This document shows positions 35,737-45,046 of a stretch of DNA of 64,000 nt, piece after piece. The position numbers were made by a program, and so were the translations under genes. The first letter of the stretch is position 1. Each line of letters begins with the position of its first letter. The notes beneath the pieces are model-generated. The model was not told the origin of the DNA and searched no databases. It saw only the letters and a program-made list of their open reading frames with translations. Source of the DNA: an uncultured Chloroflexia bacterium (GTDB taxonomy: Bacteria > Chloroflexota > Anaerolineae > CG2-30-64-16); NCBI GenBank assembly GCA_963810095.1, contig CAWEMM010000002.1, positions 256,001-320,000 of the forward strand. The letters are read 5' to 3'.

Positions 35737-37214
35737 CTACAGGTCCTCGACGATGGCCTGTGCGGCGAGCTTCCCCGACAGCATGACCATCGGGACGCCG
35801 CCGCCCGGGTGCGTCGTGCCACCTGCCAAATAAAGCCGCTTGATGTCGCCTGCCCGGCTCGTCGGTCTGCGGAACGCAACCCAGGGGCTGTCGAACAACT
35901 CGCCGTAGAGTGCGCCGCGCCAGCTTGCCGTCCGCGCCTCGATATCGTTCGGCGTGATCATGCGCTCGACCACGATCTTCTCTCGCAGCTCGAACCCGAA
36001 GCCGGCCAGCTGATCGAGGACGAGGGTGCGATAGGCTTTGCGACTGCCTGTTCCAGTCGAACTCGGGCCCGACCGCAGGCGCGTTGACCATCACGTACCA
36101 GTTCTCGCATCCCGGCGGGGCGTCTTGGGGCGTGGACCGCGAGGTGATCGACACGTACAAGGTCGGGCTCTGGGGAGGAATGCCTCGATCGAAAATGTCG
36201 ACGAATTCCTGCCGGTAGTCGTCGGGGAAGAAGATGTTGTGGTGTGCCAGCGTCTCGTGCTGCCCCTGCACCCCAAGCAGCAGGATGAACCCGGAGCAGG
36301 AGGGCTTGCGGAGTCCGAGATTGCGCGCGCGGCCCGCCGGTGCGACCTCCTGAGGCAGCAGCCGGTTATAGACCAGCGCGCTGTCGACGTTGGCCAGAAC
36401 GGCGTCCGCCTCGATTTCCTCGCCGTCGCGCAATCGTACTCCGACCGCCTGTCCGCCGCGCACGACGATGCTCTGCACCGGGCAATTTAGCCTGCACTTC
36501 CGCGCCCAGGCGGCACGCCAGGTCGTGCAACGCGCGCGCGATCGAGAAGACGCCGCCTTCGGGGTACCACACGCCCTGGTTAAGTTCCACGTCGCTAATG
36601 ACCCCCAGGGTGGCGGGCGCGTGGTATGGGCTTGATCCGATATACGTCGCGAAGCGCCCGAAGAGCTTCTGGAGGTGGGGCGAGCGCACGTAGCCCTTGA
36701 TTGAGCCGTGCATCTTCGAGAACGGTTGCAGGCGCAGCGCGTCGCCGACCGGCACGCGCAGGAGGTCGGTGGGCCCCGGTCGTTTACCATAAATAAACAT
36801 GGGCCCGGTAACCCGGTGCAGGAAAGCCGCGTGCTCCAGGTAGGCCTCGTAGCCCCCGACGTCGTGCGGGTCAATCCTCCGGATTTGCTCGGCCATGCGC
36901 GCCCGGTCGGCCGTCGCATCGAGCACCGTGCCGTCCGTGTAGAAGTAGCGGGTGAGCGGATCGACGGGCTTCAGCACCAGGTGGTCTTCCAGTTTCTCGC
37001 CGGCCGTCTCAAACAGCTCCTCGAACACCGGCCTCATCGTAATGACCGACGGCCCCGTGTCCCAGCGGAACCCCGCCTCCCGCACCTCGCGCATCTTGCC
37101 GCCCGGCGCCTCGTTTTGCTCGAGCACGAGGACGCGCACGCCCGCCGCGGCCAGCCGGATGGCCGCGCTCAGTCCCCCGATCCCTGCTCCGATGATGACG
37201 ACGGTCTTTGTCAT
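35737..37214 (-). CDS. CrtI-family FAD oxidoreductase (CrtD or CrtNb/CrtP-like); frameshifts ~36500 and ~36040
   Basis: [64 protein letters not shown]. Confidence 0.85.
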
Positions 37215-37234
37215 GATCAACTCTTGCCTCACCT

Positions 37235-37267
37235 ACAAACCAGGTTTCTCCTAGAAACCAGGTTTGT
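37235..37267. repeat. REP-like palindrome, family C (AAACC.GGTTT-Nx-AAACC.GG.TT)
   Basis: Copies at 45007-45039 and 58539-58571; half copy at 60783-60796. Confidence 0.75.
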
Positions 37268-38453
37268 CTCCGGTTTCCAGTTTCTGGATGACGCGGCCCT
37301 TCCACACCGGCCCGCCGTAGCGCAGCTGCCACCAGCACGCGAGCAGCGAGATGGCGGTCATGAGGACGACGGTGGCGGGCATCAAGAAGGCATCGCGGGC
37401 GCGTTGGTGTGTGAACCAGGCGGTGATGCCGCGGAGGCCCATGCCGGCGGCCGTCAAAACGGCGGGCCACAGCGGCCACCCGGGGAGTGTAACCGACAAC
37501 CCGCCCGCCCCAATGGCGAAGCCTTCCGGATTGAGCCACCCCAGCAGCAGCCACACCGGCGGCAGCAGGAACACGGTCACGTGGAACAGGATCGACAGGA
37601 TCACGCCCAACACCGACCCGTAGCCGCCGACAATGCTCTTGGCGAACCCGTTCCGCACGCCCGGCCAATCGGTGTACATGCGGCACGAGATCAAGCGGTT
37701 GCCGTCGGCCATTCGCAGCCGCAGGCCGGCCGCCTTGATATGCCGGGCCAGCTTCACGTCCTCCACGACCTCGCCCCGCACGCCCTCATGCCCCCGGATT
37801 TGATCGTAGGCCCGGCGGCGAAACGCCATCACTTGCCCGTTGGCGGCCGCAAACGCGGGCCAGCGGCTGAAGTGTGTCAGCAGAACCGGCAGGTATGCCA
37901 TGACGACCAGCGCCATGTTGGGCACGGTCAGGCGCTCCGCCCAGGTTTCCGTGATCTGGGTGGGCCAGACCGTCTGCAGGTCGGCGCCATTGCCCAGCAT
38001 CTCCGCGACGAGCGCAGCCAGGCCGTCGGGCGCCCAGATCGTATCTGCGTCCGTGAACAGCAGGATATCGCCGCGGGCAGCCCGGGCCAACTGATGACAC
38101 GCCCAATTCTTGCCCGCCCAGCCCTGGGGCAGGGGCTGCCCGCCTATGACGCGTAGCCGGGGGTCGCCCCGCGCGGCCGTGCGGGCCAGCTCCCCGGTGC
38201 CGTCCTCCGAGTTGTCGTCGAGCACGATCAGCTCGAAGTTGTGGTAGGTTTGAGCCAGGATGCGCTGCACGGTGTGGGCGATGACCCCCGCTTCGTTCCG
38301 GGCGGGAATCAGCACCGACACCAGCGCGAACTCCCGGTCTGCGTCAAGTCGCGTCCTGCCCGACAGCTTCGGGAACAAGATCAAGTTTGAGGCCAGGATT
38401 CCGAGCATGCCCAGGAGAGCTGCGGAAGCGAACAGGGCCAGAAAGAGCGCCAT
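37251..38453 (-). CDS. GT2 glycosyltransferase (carotenoid glucosyltransferase, CruC/CrtQ-like)
   Basis: VSVLIPARNE, DDNSEDGT, GWAGKNWAC, FTDAD, ANGQ, VEDV, CRMY. Confidence 0.9.
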   Translation of the reverse strand: MALFLALFASAALLGMLGILASNLILFPKLSGRTRLDADREFALVSVLIPARNEAGVIAHTVQRILAQTYHNFELIVLDDNSEDGTGELARTAARGDPRLRVIGGQPLPQGWAGKNWACHQLARAARGDILLFTDADTIWAPDGLAALVAEMLGNGADLQTVWPTQITETWAERLTVPNMALVVMAYLPVLLTHFSRWPAFAAANGQVMAFRRRAYDQIRGHEGVRGEVVEDVKLARHIKAAGLRLRMADGNRLISCRMYTDWPGVRNGFAKSIVGGYGSVLGVILSILFHVTVFLLPPVWLLLGWLNPEGFAIGAGGLSVTLPGWPLWPAVLTAAGMGLRGITAWFTHQRARDAFLMPATVVLMTAISLLACWWQLRYGGPVWKGRVIQKLETGDKPGF

Positions 38454-38457
38454 GCCT

Positions 38458-39087
38458 CTATCCTTCCGGTGCTGCGCGCCCCGCCCGAACGCGCAGATGC
38501 GGCGGGTGCGCCAGGTCGGACCGGTGCTTTGCGGCCAGGATGATGGACGTGCCTAACCAGGCCGCAAGCATGGGCGGTTGCGTGAGCCCGAGCGCAACCA
38601 GGAGCGCGAGCAGCACCACCAGCGCGGCCATCACGGCCCAACCGGCCGCCGTCAGCAGCCGGTTGAGAAGTAGCAGGCTGAACGCCATGACGAACGGCCC
38701 AAACGGCACGGTCAGCGCGGTCCATACGCCGAAGGTCACCGCAATGGCCTTGCCGCCCTTGAACTTGAGGAACGGCGAAAAGGCGTGCCCGAGAATGGGC
38801 GCCAGCATGACTGCCGTCAGGCCCCAGCCGTCCACGGCGAAGACGTAGTGCGCGAGCGCAACCGGCAGCGCGCCTTTCGCCATGTCCATCACAATGGCGA
38901 GCGCACCGAGCAGCTTCTTGCCGCTCGCGCGGCCGACGTTCGTCCCGCCCGGGTTACCGTCTCCGTACTGGCGGATGTCCTTACCCAGCAGCACCCGGCC
39001 GAGGATCACGGAAAACGGGATCGACCCGAGCACGAAGCCGATGGCAGTCCAGACGAATGCGTACATCTGCGAGTATGATCTCACCAC
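38458..39087 (-). CDS. PlsY-family acyltransferase (probable carotenoid-glycoside acyltransferase by context)
   Basis: GSIPF, DIRQYGDGNPGGTN, DMAKG, GHAFSPFLKFKGGKAIA; lies between cruF and the GT2 gene. Confidence 0.85.
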   Translation of the reverse strand: MVRSYSQMYAFVWTAIGFVLGSIPFSVILGRVLLGKDIRQYGDGNPGGTNVGRASGKKLLGALAIVMDMAKGALPVALAHYVFAVDGWGLTAVMLAPILGHAFSPFLKFKGGKAIAVTFGVWTALTVPFGPFVMAFSLLLLNRLLTAAGWAVMAALVVLLALLVALGLTQPPMLAAWLGTSIILAAKHRSDLAHPPHLRVRAGRAAPEG

Positions 39088-39163
39088 AAAGACACTGAGA
39101 AGCGATGGTTGGCGAAGCTCGCTCTTTCGATCACAGCACGATCGATCTACCGGCCCCTCGAGC

Positions 39164-39964
39164 TTACGCGACCGTTGAAGCCTTCTGTCTGCGCGTCAGT
39201 GCGGTCAACGGCCAGCCCAGCGCCACGAAGATCCCCATGCCGATGAAGCCCGCGGCGGCGGGACCGTACAATTGCCAGAAGAGCACCAGCCCCGTGACCT
39301 CGATCAGCCAGGTCATCGCATAGACGAGAAACAACGGGCGTGTGATCAACGCCGGCGGCCGGGCAATTACCGTAATCAGCGCAGACACCAAGAACCACCC
39401 GGCGTAGTTCACGAGAGGGATGCCGAAGTACTGCCCCGGCTGATCCCAGACCCACAGACCCCAGTTTACCATTTGTGGGTCCAGGTACAAGTCCCACGCA
39501 GTGAACGCAAGCGCGCTGACTACGACAAAGAGCAGTCCGCTCGTGCGCTTCGTGATACGCTGGGCGACGGCCCATGCGGGCGGCAGCATCATCAGCCAGG
39601 CCAGCGGAATCAGCAGAGGCACGCCCAGCAGCTGGGGCTGGAGCTGGTCAGTGTAGTGATACGCGCCGAACGGGAACCCCGTCTTCGAGCCGAGGGCCTC
39701 CGCGGCCCACCCTGCCACGACGACCGTCGCGACCAGGAGCGCGGTCCGGCGTGCCCCGGCCCCCTGATAAACGAGCAGGATCACCAGCGCGGCCTGGAGC
39801 ACGACGCTGACCGTGACGCCGCGGATGAGTGCGCGGTCCCCTGCCAGCCACTGCACAATGGGCAGTGAGATCATGCAAAGCAGCCAGGCGGCCAAGAGGA
39901 CGCCGGAGCCTCGGGGCCAGTCGGCGTCGTAAACGAGTCTTCGACGGTTGAATGCGAGGGACAT
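39164..39964 (-). CDS. cruF: Carotenoid 1,2-hydratase (DUF422/CruF family)
   Basis: AEALGSKTGFPFGAYHYT, GVPLLIPLAW, AWDLYLDP, GIPLVNYAGW. Confidence 0.85.
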   Translation of the reverse strand: MSLAFNRRRLVYDADWPRGSGVLLAAWLLCMISLPIVQWLAGDRALIRGVTVSVVLQAALVILLVYQGAGARRTALLVATVVVAGWAAEALGSKTGFPFGAYHYTDQLQPQLLGVPLLIPLAWLMMLPPAWAVAQRITKRTSGLLFVVVSALAFTAWDLYLDPQMVNWGLWVWDQPGQYFGIPLVNYAGWFLVSALITVIARPPALITRPLFLVYAMTWLIEVTGLVLFWQLYGPAAAGFIGMGIFVALGWPLTALTRRQKASTVA

Positions 39965-39969
39965 GCTGG

Positions 39970-41247
39970 TTACCTCGTGCTTGCCGCAATCCGGGCGGCG
40001 AAATCGAGCACTGCCCGGCTAACCTCCGGCCAGGCCGCGTTGCTCGTGTCGGTCACATTATGGTCACTATCGACTTCTACGTACGCGGCGGGCTCGGGTA
40101 GCTCCGAGATCAGCCGCCGGGTGTTTGCCGGGCGCGACACCCGATCACGGCTTCCCTGTACGACGAGCACCGGGCCGTTCACGTGCCTGGCAGCCGTCGA
40201 CGCCCCGCGGGAAACCGCGCGCAATTGGTCGATCAGGCCAAGCGGCACGCGAAAGCTGCGCACGGCCGCCTGAACGTCCGGGTCGTCCAGGTCGACGCCC
40301 GGCATGAAGCCCGTAATGCCTTGCCTGAGCTGCGGATTGCTGAAATCGGCCCGGCGCATGGGCCGGAAGCCGAGCGGCAGAAACGGCCGCAGGACGAACT
40401 CGACCGGCTTCAGCCACCACGGCTCGGGAAATGAAAACGGAGCGAGCAGGACGAGCCCGTCCACCCGCTGCCCGGTCGCGGCCATCAAAGAGAGCGCCGC
40501 GCCCATCGAGTACCCGACGAAGAGCAGCGGTTGGCGTCCTTCCGCGCTGAGACCGTTTGCCTCGCGCCTGACAGCCGCCGCCCACTCTTGCCAGCGCCGG
40601 GCGGTCAGCGTCTGCACATCGCTGCCAAAGCCGGGCAGGAGCGGCGCGTGCACCGTCCAGCCTTGGGCGTGGAGCGCCTCGCCCAACCCGCGCATTTCCG
40701 CGGGGGTGCCGAGGAACCCATGGAGCAGCAGCGCAGCCCGCTCGCCGCCCGCCAGTGTGAAGGGCCGGTGCTCGGGCCCAGCGAACGCATCGGGCCACGG
40801 CGGCGGGGGCAGCGGCTCGGGCACGGTCAGTGCGTGGACCAGGTCGAACAGGAAGAGGAACGCGCCTTGAACGATCACGCCCCAACCGTTGCCGGCCGCG
40901 AAAGGATCGCCCTGGCCCAGGGTCCTGAGCAGGATGATACCACCGAGCACGTACAGGACGTCGAGCCCGGTGTTGATCCACAGGAGCCGGCGCAGGTTCC
41001 GCGCTTCCCGGTCTGCGAGCGCTGCCAGGTCGGCGCCAGAGTCGACCGCCTGTGACAGCCGCTTGTTCGCCGAGCGGCGCCCGAAAATGGCAATGCCCGC
41101 GTCGATGACGCCCCAAACCAGCGCCTGGAGGCCGAACCCGCGCCAGAAAGCGTCGCCGAAGAGCAGCAGCGCTCCGCCCGCGATCATGCTGAGCGCGGAC
41201 CACAGCAGCAGCCGGCGGGTCAGTGCCTCCTGGAAGTCCCAGATCAT
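39970..41247 (-). CDS. Membrane-domain-fused alpha/beta hydrolase (carboxylesterase-like)
   Basis: Likely start MIWDFQ; 4 TM (WGVIDAGIA, INTGLDVLYV, QGAFLFLFD); LLHGFLGTP, GYSMG, QGSRD, SDH. Confidence 0.85.
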   Translation of the reverse strand: MIWDFQEALTRRLLLWSALSMIAGGALLLFGDAFWRGFGLQALVWGVIDAGIAIFGRRSANKRLSQAVDSGADLAALADREARNLRRLLWINTGLDVLYVLGGIILLRTLGQGDPFAAGNGWGVIVQGAFLFLFDLVHALTVPEPLPPPPWPDAFAGPEHRPFTLAGGERAALLLHGFLGTPAEMRGLGEALHAQGWTVHAPLLPGFGSDVQTLTARRWQEWAAAVRREANGLSAEGRQPLLFVGYSMGAALSLMAATGQRVDGLVLLAPFSFPEPWWLKPVEFVLRPFLPLGFRPMRRADFSNPQLRQGITGFMPGVDLDDPDVQAAVRSFRVPLGLIDQLRAVSRGASTAARHVNGPVLVVQGSRDRVSRPANTRRLISELPEPAAYVEVDSDHNVTDTSNAAWPEVSRAVLDFAARIAASTR

Positions 41248-42319
41248 GTCGCAGGGGCTCCGGGGCATCGGGCTTGGCCGCGGCCGGCAGCACCTTTGAG
41301 CCTTCGGCCGTGTCCTGCACCTGCCAGCCGAGCGCTTCAATCTCGTTGCGCAGCTGGTCCGCCCGGGCCCAATCCCGCTGGACGCGGGCCTCTTGCCGTT
41401 CGTCCGCCAGGGCGAGAACGTCGGCCGGAACCGGAGCGGAGGTCTGCCGCGGCGCGCCCTCGAGCGCGCTGGACGCCACCTCGGGGGGCAGCGTCGCAAG
41501 GAGGTCGACCTTCTGCGTAAAGCCGAGCCGCTGCAGGCTGAAGCGTTCGCCGTCGCCAAAGCGGGCCTCGTCGCCGCCGGTCAGCAGCGTCACGCCGCCC
41601 TGGCCCAACACCCAACCCTCGTCCCGCGCCAGGTCGATCACCAGCGCGGTGTGTTCGTCTACTCCGACGACGGTGGTGTCGGGCGGCAGCATCTGTCGCA
41701 GCGCGGCGAACCGCTGCTGCCCCATGAAGCAGCGGCTGGTGTCCAATTCGGCGCCGCCCTCGCCGTTGTTCCAGTGGGGTATGAACGCAAGCGACGGGCC
41801 AAACGGACCGAACAGGTCGAGCCCCGGCTGCCAGTGCAGATCGTGCCCGGCCTTGTAGATTTCGTACACGGGCAGCGCAAAGCGGCCGGTCGCGATGGCC
41901 GCCGCGGACGCGAACACGGCCGCTGCCCCCAGCGCCAGCCGCGCCTGCACGCGCTGCCATGCCAGGCTGCCGGCCAACTGCCGTGCGGCATAAGTGGGGC
42001 TGCCGGGACCGGCGAAGATCAACCCGGCGTCGAGCAAGGGCTGCGAAAGTTCGGGATCGTCGGGAGAGAAGGGCGTGTCGCGGCGCCTGGCCGGGATGAC
42101 GGAGACCTGCGGATCGTAGTTGCCGAGGCGGACGCGGAGGAAGTCGGCTACGCGAGCCGCAACGCGCGCACTGTTGAGCTCGAAGCCCGCGGGTGTCTCG
42201 AGCACCGCGACCCGCAGCGGCGAAGGCAGCTCGCGGGCAAAAGTCTCGAAGAGGCGGCCGCCCGCGGCCGCCGTTTCGCCTGACCCGAGCAGGCCGATGG
42301 GGCCGGGAGTGTAGCTCAC
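41244..42319 (-). CDS. Peptidase S51/cyanophycinase-like domain fused to a CysRS-like C-terminal anticodon-binding domain
   Basis: LLGSGE, ETPAGFE, AGPGSPTY, FASAAA, IPHWNN, GVDEHTA; tail ERQEARVQRDWARADQLRNEIEALGWQVQDT; 3' end inferred from an ATGA overlap. Confidence 0.75.
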
Positions 42320-43341
42320 GGCCGCGCCTTTAGGCCTGGCAGCTGGCCGACGACTTCCAGCCCTGCGTGCTCGCCCGTCTCGTCGAACACGATCCGCCCG
42401 GTCGCGTTTTCGATCAAGCGCACATGAATCGATGCCGTCAGCGTTTCCATCACCCGTTGCAGCATCGCGGTCCTCTCAGGCGAGTGAAGAAGGCCGCCCG
42501 TGGTTCTGATCGCCTCGACTTCAAGCCGGAAGCCGTCCTTGGACTGATCGACATAATGGAGAGTCACCTGGCGATCGGTCACCTCTTGCCGTTCGAGCAC
42601 CGCGCCGGTGTAGGTTGCGAAGCGGTAAAGGCGGCCTTGGTGCCACAAGCCGGCGATGAAGCCGTTGAAGACACTGCCCCGCCAGGGAATGACGGCAACG
42701 GAAGCGGTGACGCTGGTGCCGAGCGTGGCAAAGCCGTTGCTTTGCATCCAGATCCAAGCCTTTGGGAAAGACTGTCCCCAGTCCTTCTCGAGGTACCCCC
42801 GGCCGCCCGTGTAGTCAACGGGCTTGCCGTCGACCGTCAGCCGGCCCGAAATGCGGTGATCGAAGCTGAGCACGCCGTGGTAGCACTCCATGAATGGGGC
42901 GTAGGCATACCAGCCCATGATGCCGGGCGATGCGACAGTCACGGGCCATCCGGTGCCCCCGGCGAAATAGAGATCGCCTTGGATCGTCCGCTCGGGGCTC
43001 TGGATATCAAGCGTAATCCGGTTGGGACCGAAGCGGTTAGGCCCGATGCGAACGTCGAACCTGCCGGCCACGGCACAGAAGTCGTCGCACGAATAGCGGT
43101 GATAGGTCGAGCGGCCGGTCGCTCCGTCAAGGGTCTGGACGAAAGCGTGGGTCGACCCGGGCCCCTCGCCGACGAAGACGCCGGGGATGACCGCGTAGGG
43201 ATGACGGCCGGCCGGGTCAATGAGCTTGAAGTACCAGCCCTCAAAGAAAGGGGGCCGCTTGCCCCAGCCGTGATACGCGGCCGGCTGCCAGGTATTGAGT
43301 ATGTTGCGGGTCGTATACCTTAGGCCCTGCAGTATGCCCAC
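42316..43341 (-). CDS. Tocopherol cyclase-like family protein
   Basis: FFEGWYFK, GIMGWY...MECYHGVLS, GRGYLEKDWGQSFPKAWIWMQSN. Confidence 0.85.
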   Translation of the reverse strand: MGILQGLRYTTRNILNTWQPAAYHGWGKRPPFFEGWYFKLIDPAGRHPYAVIPGVFVGEGPGSTHAFVQTLDGATGRSTYHRYSCDDFCAVAGRFDVRIGPNRFGPNRITLDIQSPERTIQGDLYFAGGTGWPVTVASPGIMGWYAYAPFMECYHGVLSFDHRISGRLTVDGKPVDYTGGRGYLEKDWGQSFPKAWIWMQSNGFATLGTSVTASVAVIPWRGSVFNGFIAGLWHQGRLYRFATYTGAVLERQEVTDRQVTLHYVDQSKDGFRLEVEAIRTTGGLLHSPERTAMLQRVMETLTASIHVRLIENATGRIVFDETGEHAGLEVVGQLPGLKARP

Positions 43342-43347
43342 CTGTCC

Positions 43348-43854
43348 CTACGCTTTCGCCTGCGCCATTACCGTCTCCCCGTCCCATTCCCGGTTCAACT
43401 CGTCCAACAGCGCAGTCAGCTTGGTGTTTGCCACAAAGTCGGTCATCGACTCGCCCCGGTGTTCGAAGCGCACCGCGCCGCTCCGGTCGAGCACGAGCAT
43501 CGAGGGCAGGCGGCCGAACTTGAGTATCTTGACCTGTTGTCCGTATTGGTTTGCCACCTCATGACCGGGATCGACGAGCCCACGCATCGGCAGATTCTCT
43601 TTGCGCCAGTAGTCCGCCACCTGCGGAGCATCATCCGGGTTAATCACCAGGATTTCCGTGTCCCTCACGACGAATTCGCGGTAGTCTTGGCGCAACTGCG
43701 CCATATGCCTGCGGCAGTGCGGTCAGAACAGGCCCCGGTTGAAGACCAGGACGACGTTCTTGGTGCCGCGGTAGTCCGACAGCCGCACCTGCTTGCCGTC
43801 GACGTCGCTCAGCGCGAAGTCGGGCGCCTGTTTGTCGATGAGTCTTTTGTCCAT
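43348..43854 (-). CDS. Selenocysteine-containing AhpC/TSA-type redoxin (UxxC)
   Basis: [46 protein letters not shown](43723-43725)-PHCRRHMAQL, in frame with ORF 43348..43704; AGGGAG RBS. Confidence 0.88.
43688..43722 (-). promoter_or_regulatory. Putative bacterial SECIS hairpin
   Basis: UGGCGC-AGUU-GCGCCA stem-loop; the loop begins 25 nt 3' of the UGA and has G at its second position. Confidence 0.65.
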
Positions 43855-43908
43855 CTCGCAGTCCTCTCCCTTTAGGCAGACCTTCCGGGTTTTGCCAACC
43901 CCAAGGCC

Positions 43909-44896
43909 CTAGAAACGTTCAACAAATTTCGTCACCGCATCCAGCCACGCCTCCGGGCATTCTTCCTGGGGCGTGTGACCGCATTGGGGGATCACGACCA
44001 GTTCCGCATTGGGCAGCTCGCCGGCCAGCCGGATGCTGTCCTTGGTGGGCACGATCCGGTCGTCGTCGCCCGTGATAACGAGCACCGGCTGGGTGACCTC
44101 GCCCACACGGGCGCCCAAGTTAAGTTCGCTGCTCGCCTTGGTAAGCTCCCAAAGCCCCTTGTCCCAATCCTGCGCCTTTGTCGCCTTGCGATACCCCTCC
44201 TGGACTTCCGGCGTCACCTTGGACGGGTCGTGCCACGCCATGCCGATCAGCCGCGTGCCAGACGATGCGAGCAACCGGCCCGACAGCGGACCCAGGCGCT
44301 GCAGCTGGGGCGTCGACAACAGCGGCTTAATCCACGCCGGGCGCGCCGCCGCCCGTGTAAATGGCTGCATCGACCAGCACGAGCCCTTGCACCCGCTCGG
44401 GATAAGCGAGCGCAGCGTTCATCGCCACGGTCCCGCCGGCCGAGTTGCCGATCAGAACCGCCTTGTCGATGCCCAGCTTGTCCATCATCCCGACGACTTG
44501 AGCGGCCTGCGCCGGGCCGCTGTACGGGTTGACCCCCGTCCACGCCGCGCCGCCCTCCATCCGGGGATGCCCGGGGAGCGGCCGCTCGGTCAGGCCGGAC
44601 GACGGCCGGTCGTAGGCGACCACCGTGCCGAGCTTCGCGAGGGGCCCCATTACCGAGCGCCACGAGAAGGTGCTGGCGCTGAAGCCGTGCAGCAGGATCA
44701 TCGCCGGCGTACCCGCGCCTGCCCGCTTGTAATGGAACTTCAGGCCGTCTACCTCGACGAATTCGCTGTCGGGGTCGGCCAGGTCCTCGGGCGGCACAAG
44801 CCCTTCGAGCGGCTTGACCGGCACGAGGAACGGCCCGACCAGCACGAGCAAGAGCACGCCAACGAGTGCGCCCAATAGAATCCGGAGCAGTTTCAT
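43909..44896 (-). CDS. Membrane-anchored alpha/beta hydrolase (frameshift ~44345)
   Basis: LLHGF, YDRP, GNSAGG, ITGDDDRIVP, CGHTPQEE. Confidence 0.9.
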
Positions 44897-44952
44897 GGAC
44901 TTGTCCTCATACTCGTCATTTTACGCGCCGCCCTTCAATCTATCTGTGAGGG

Positions 44953-44991
44953 ATAATACCAGATGTACAATCTTTGTCAAAGGAACGTATA
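44953..44991 (-). promoter_or_regulatory. Sigma70 promoter with CarH/LitR-like 11-bp repeats
   Basis: Minus strand: TATACG-N5-TTGACA-N5-TGTACA-N5-TATTAT. Confidence 0.72.
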
Positions 44992-45006
44992 GAATGGGGA
45001 GAAAGA

Positions 45007-45039
45007 ACAAACCAGGTTTGCCGCAGAAACCTGGTTTGT
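45007..45039. repeat. REP-like palindrome, family C
   Basis: acaaaccaggttt gccgcag aaacctggtttgt. Confidence 0.75.
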
Positions 45040-45046
45040 CACGTGC

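Noticed and set aside
38458-39087. Housekeeping plsY symbol
   Set aside because: Context between cruF and the GT2 gene favours a carotenoid acyltransferase paralog, so no symbol was assigned.
40145-42319. 724-aa ORF overlapping the 529-aa hydrolase ORF
   Set aside because: The portion beyond ~41244 is Arg/Ala/Pro-rich off-frame translation of the hydrolase gene, caused by a likely frameshift.
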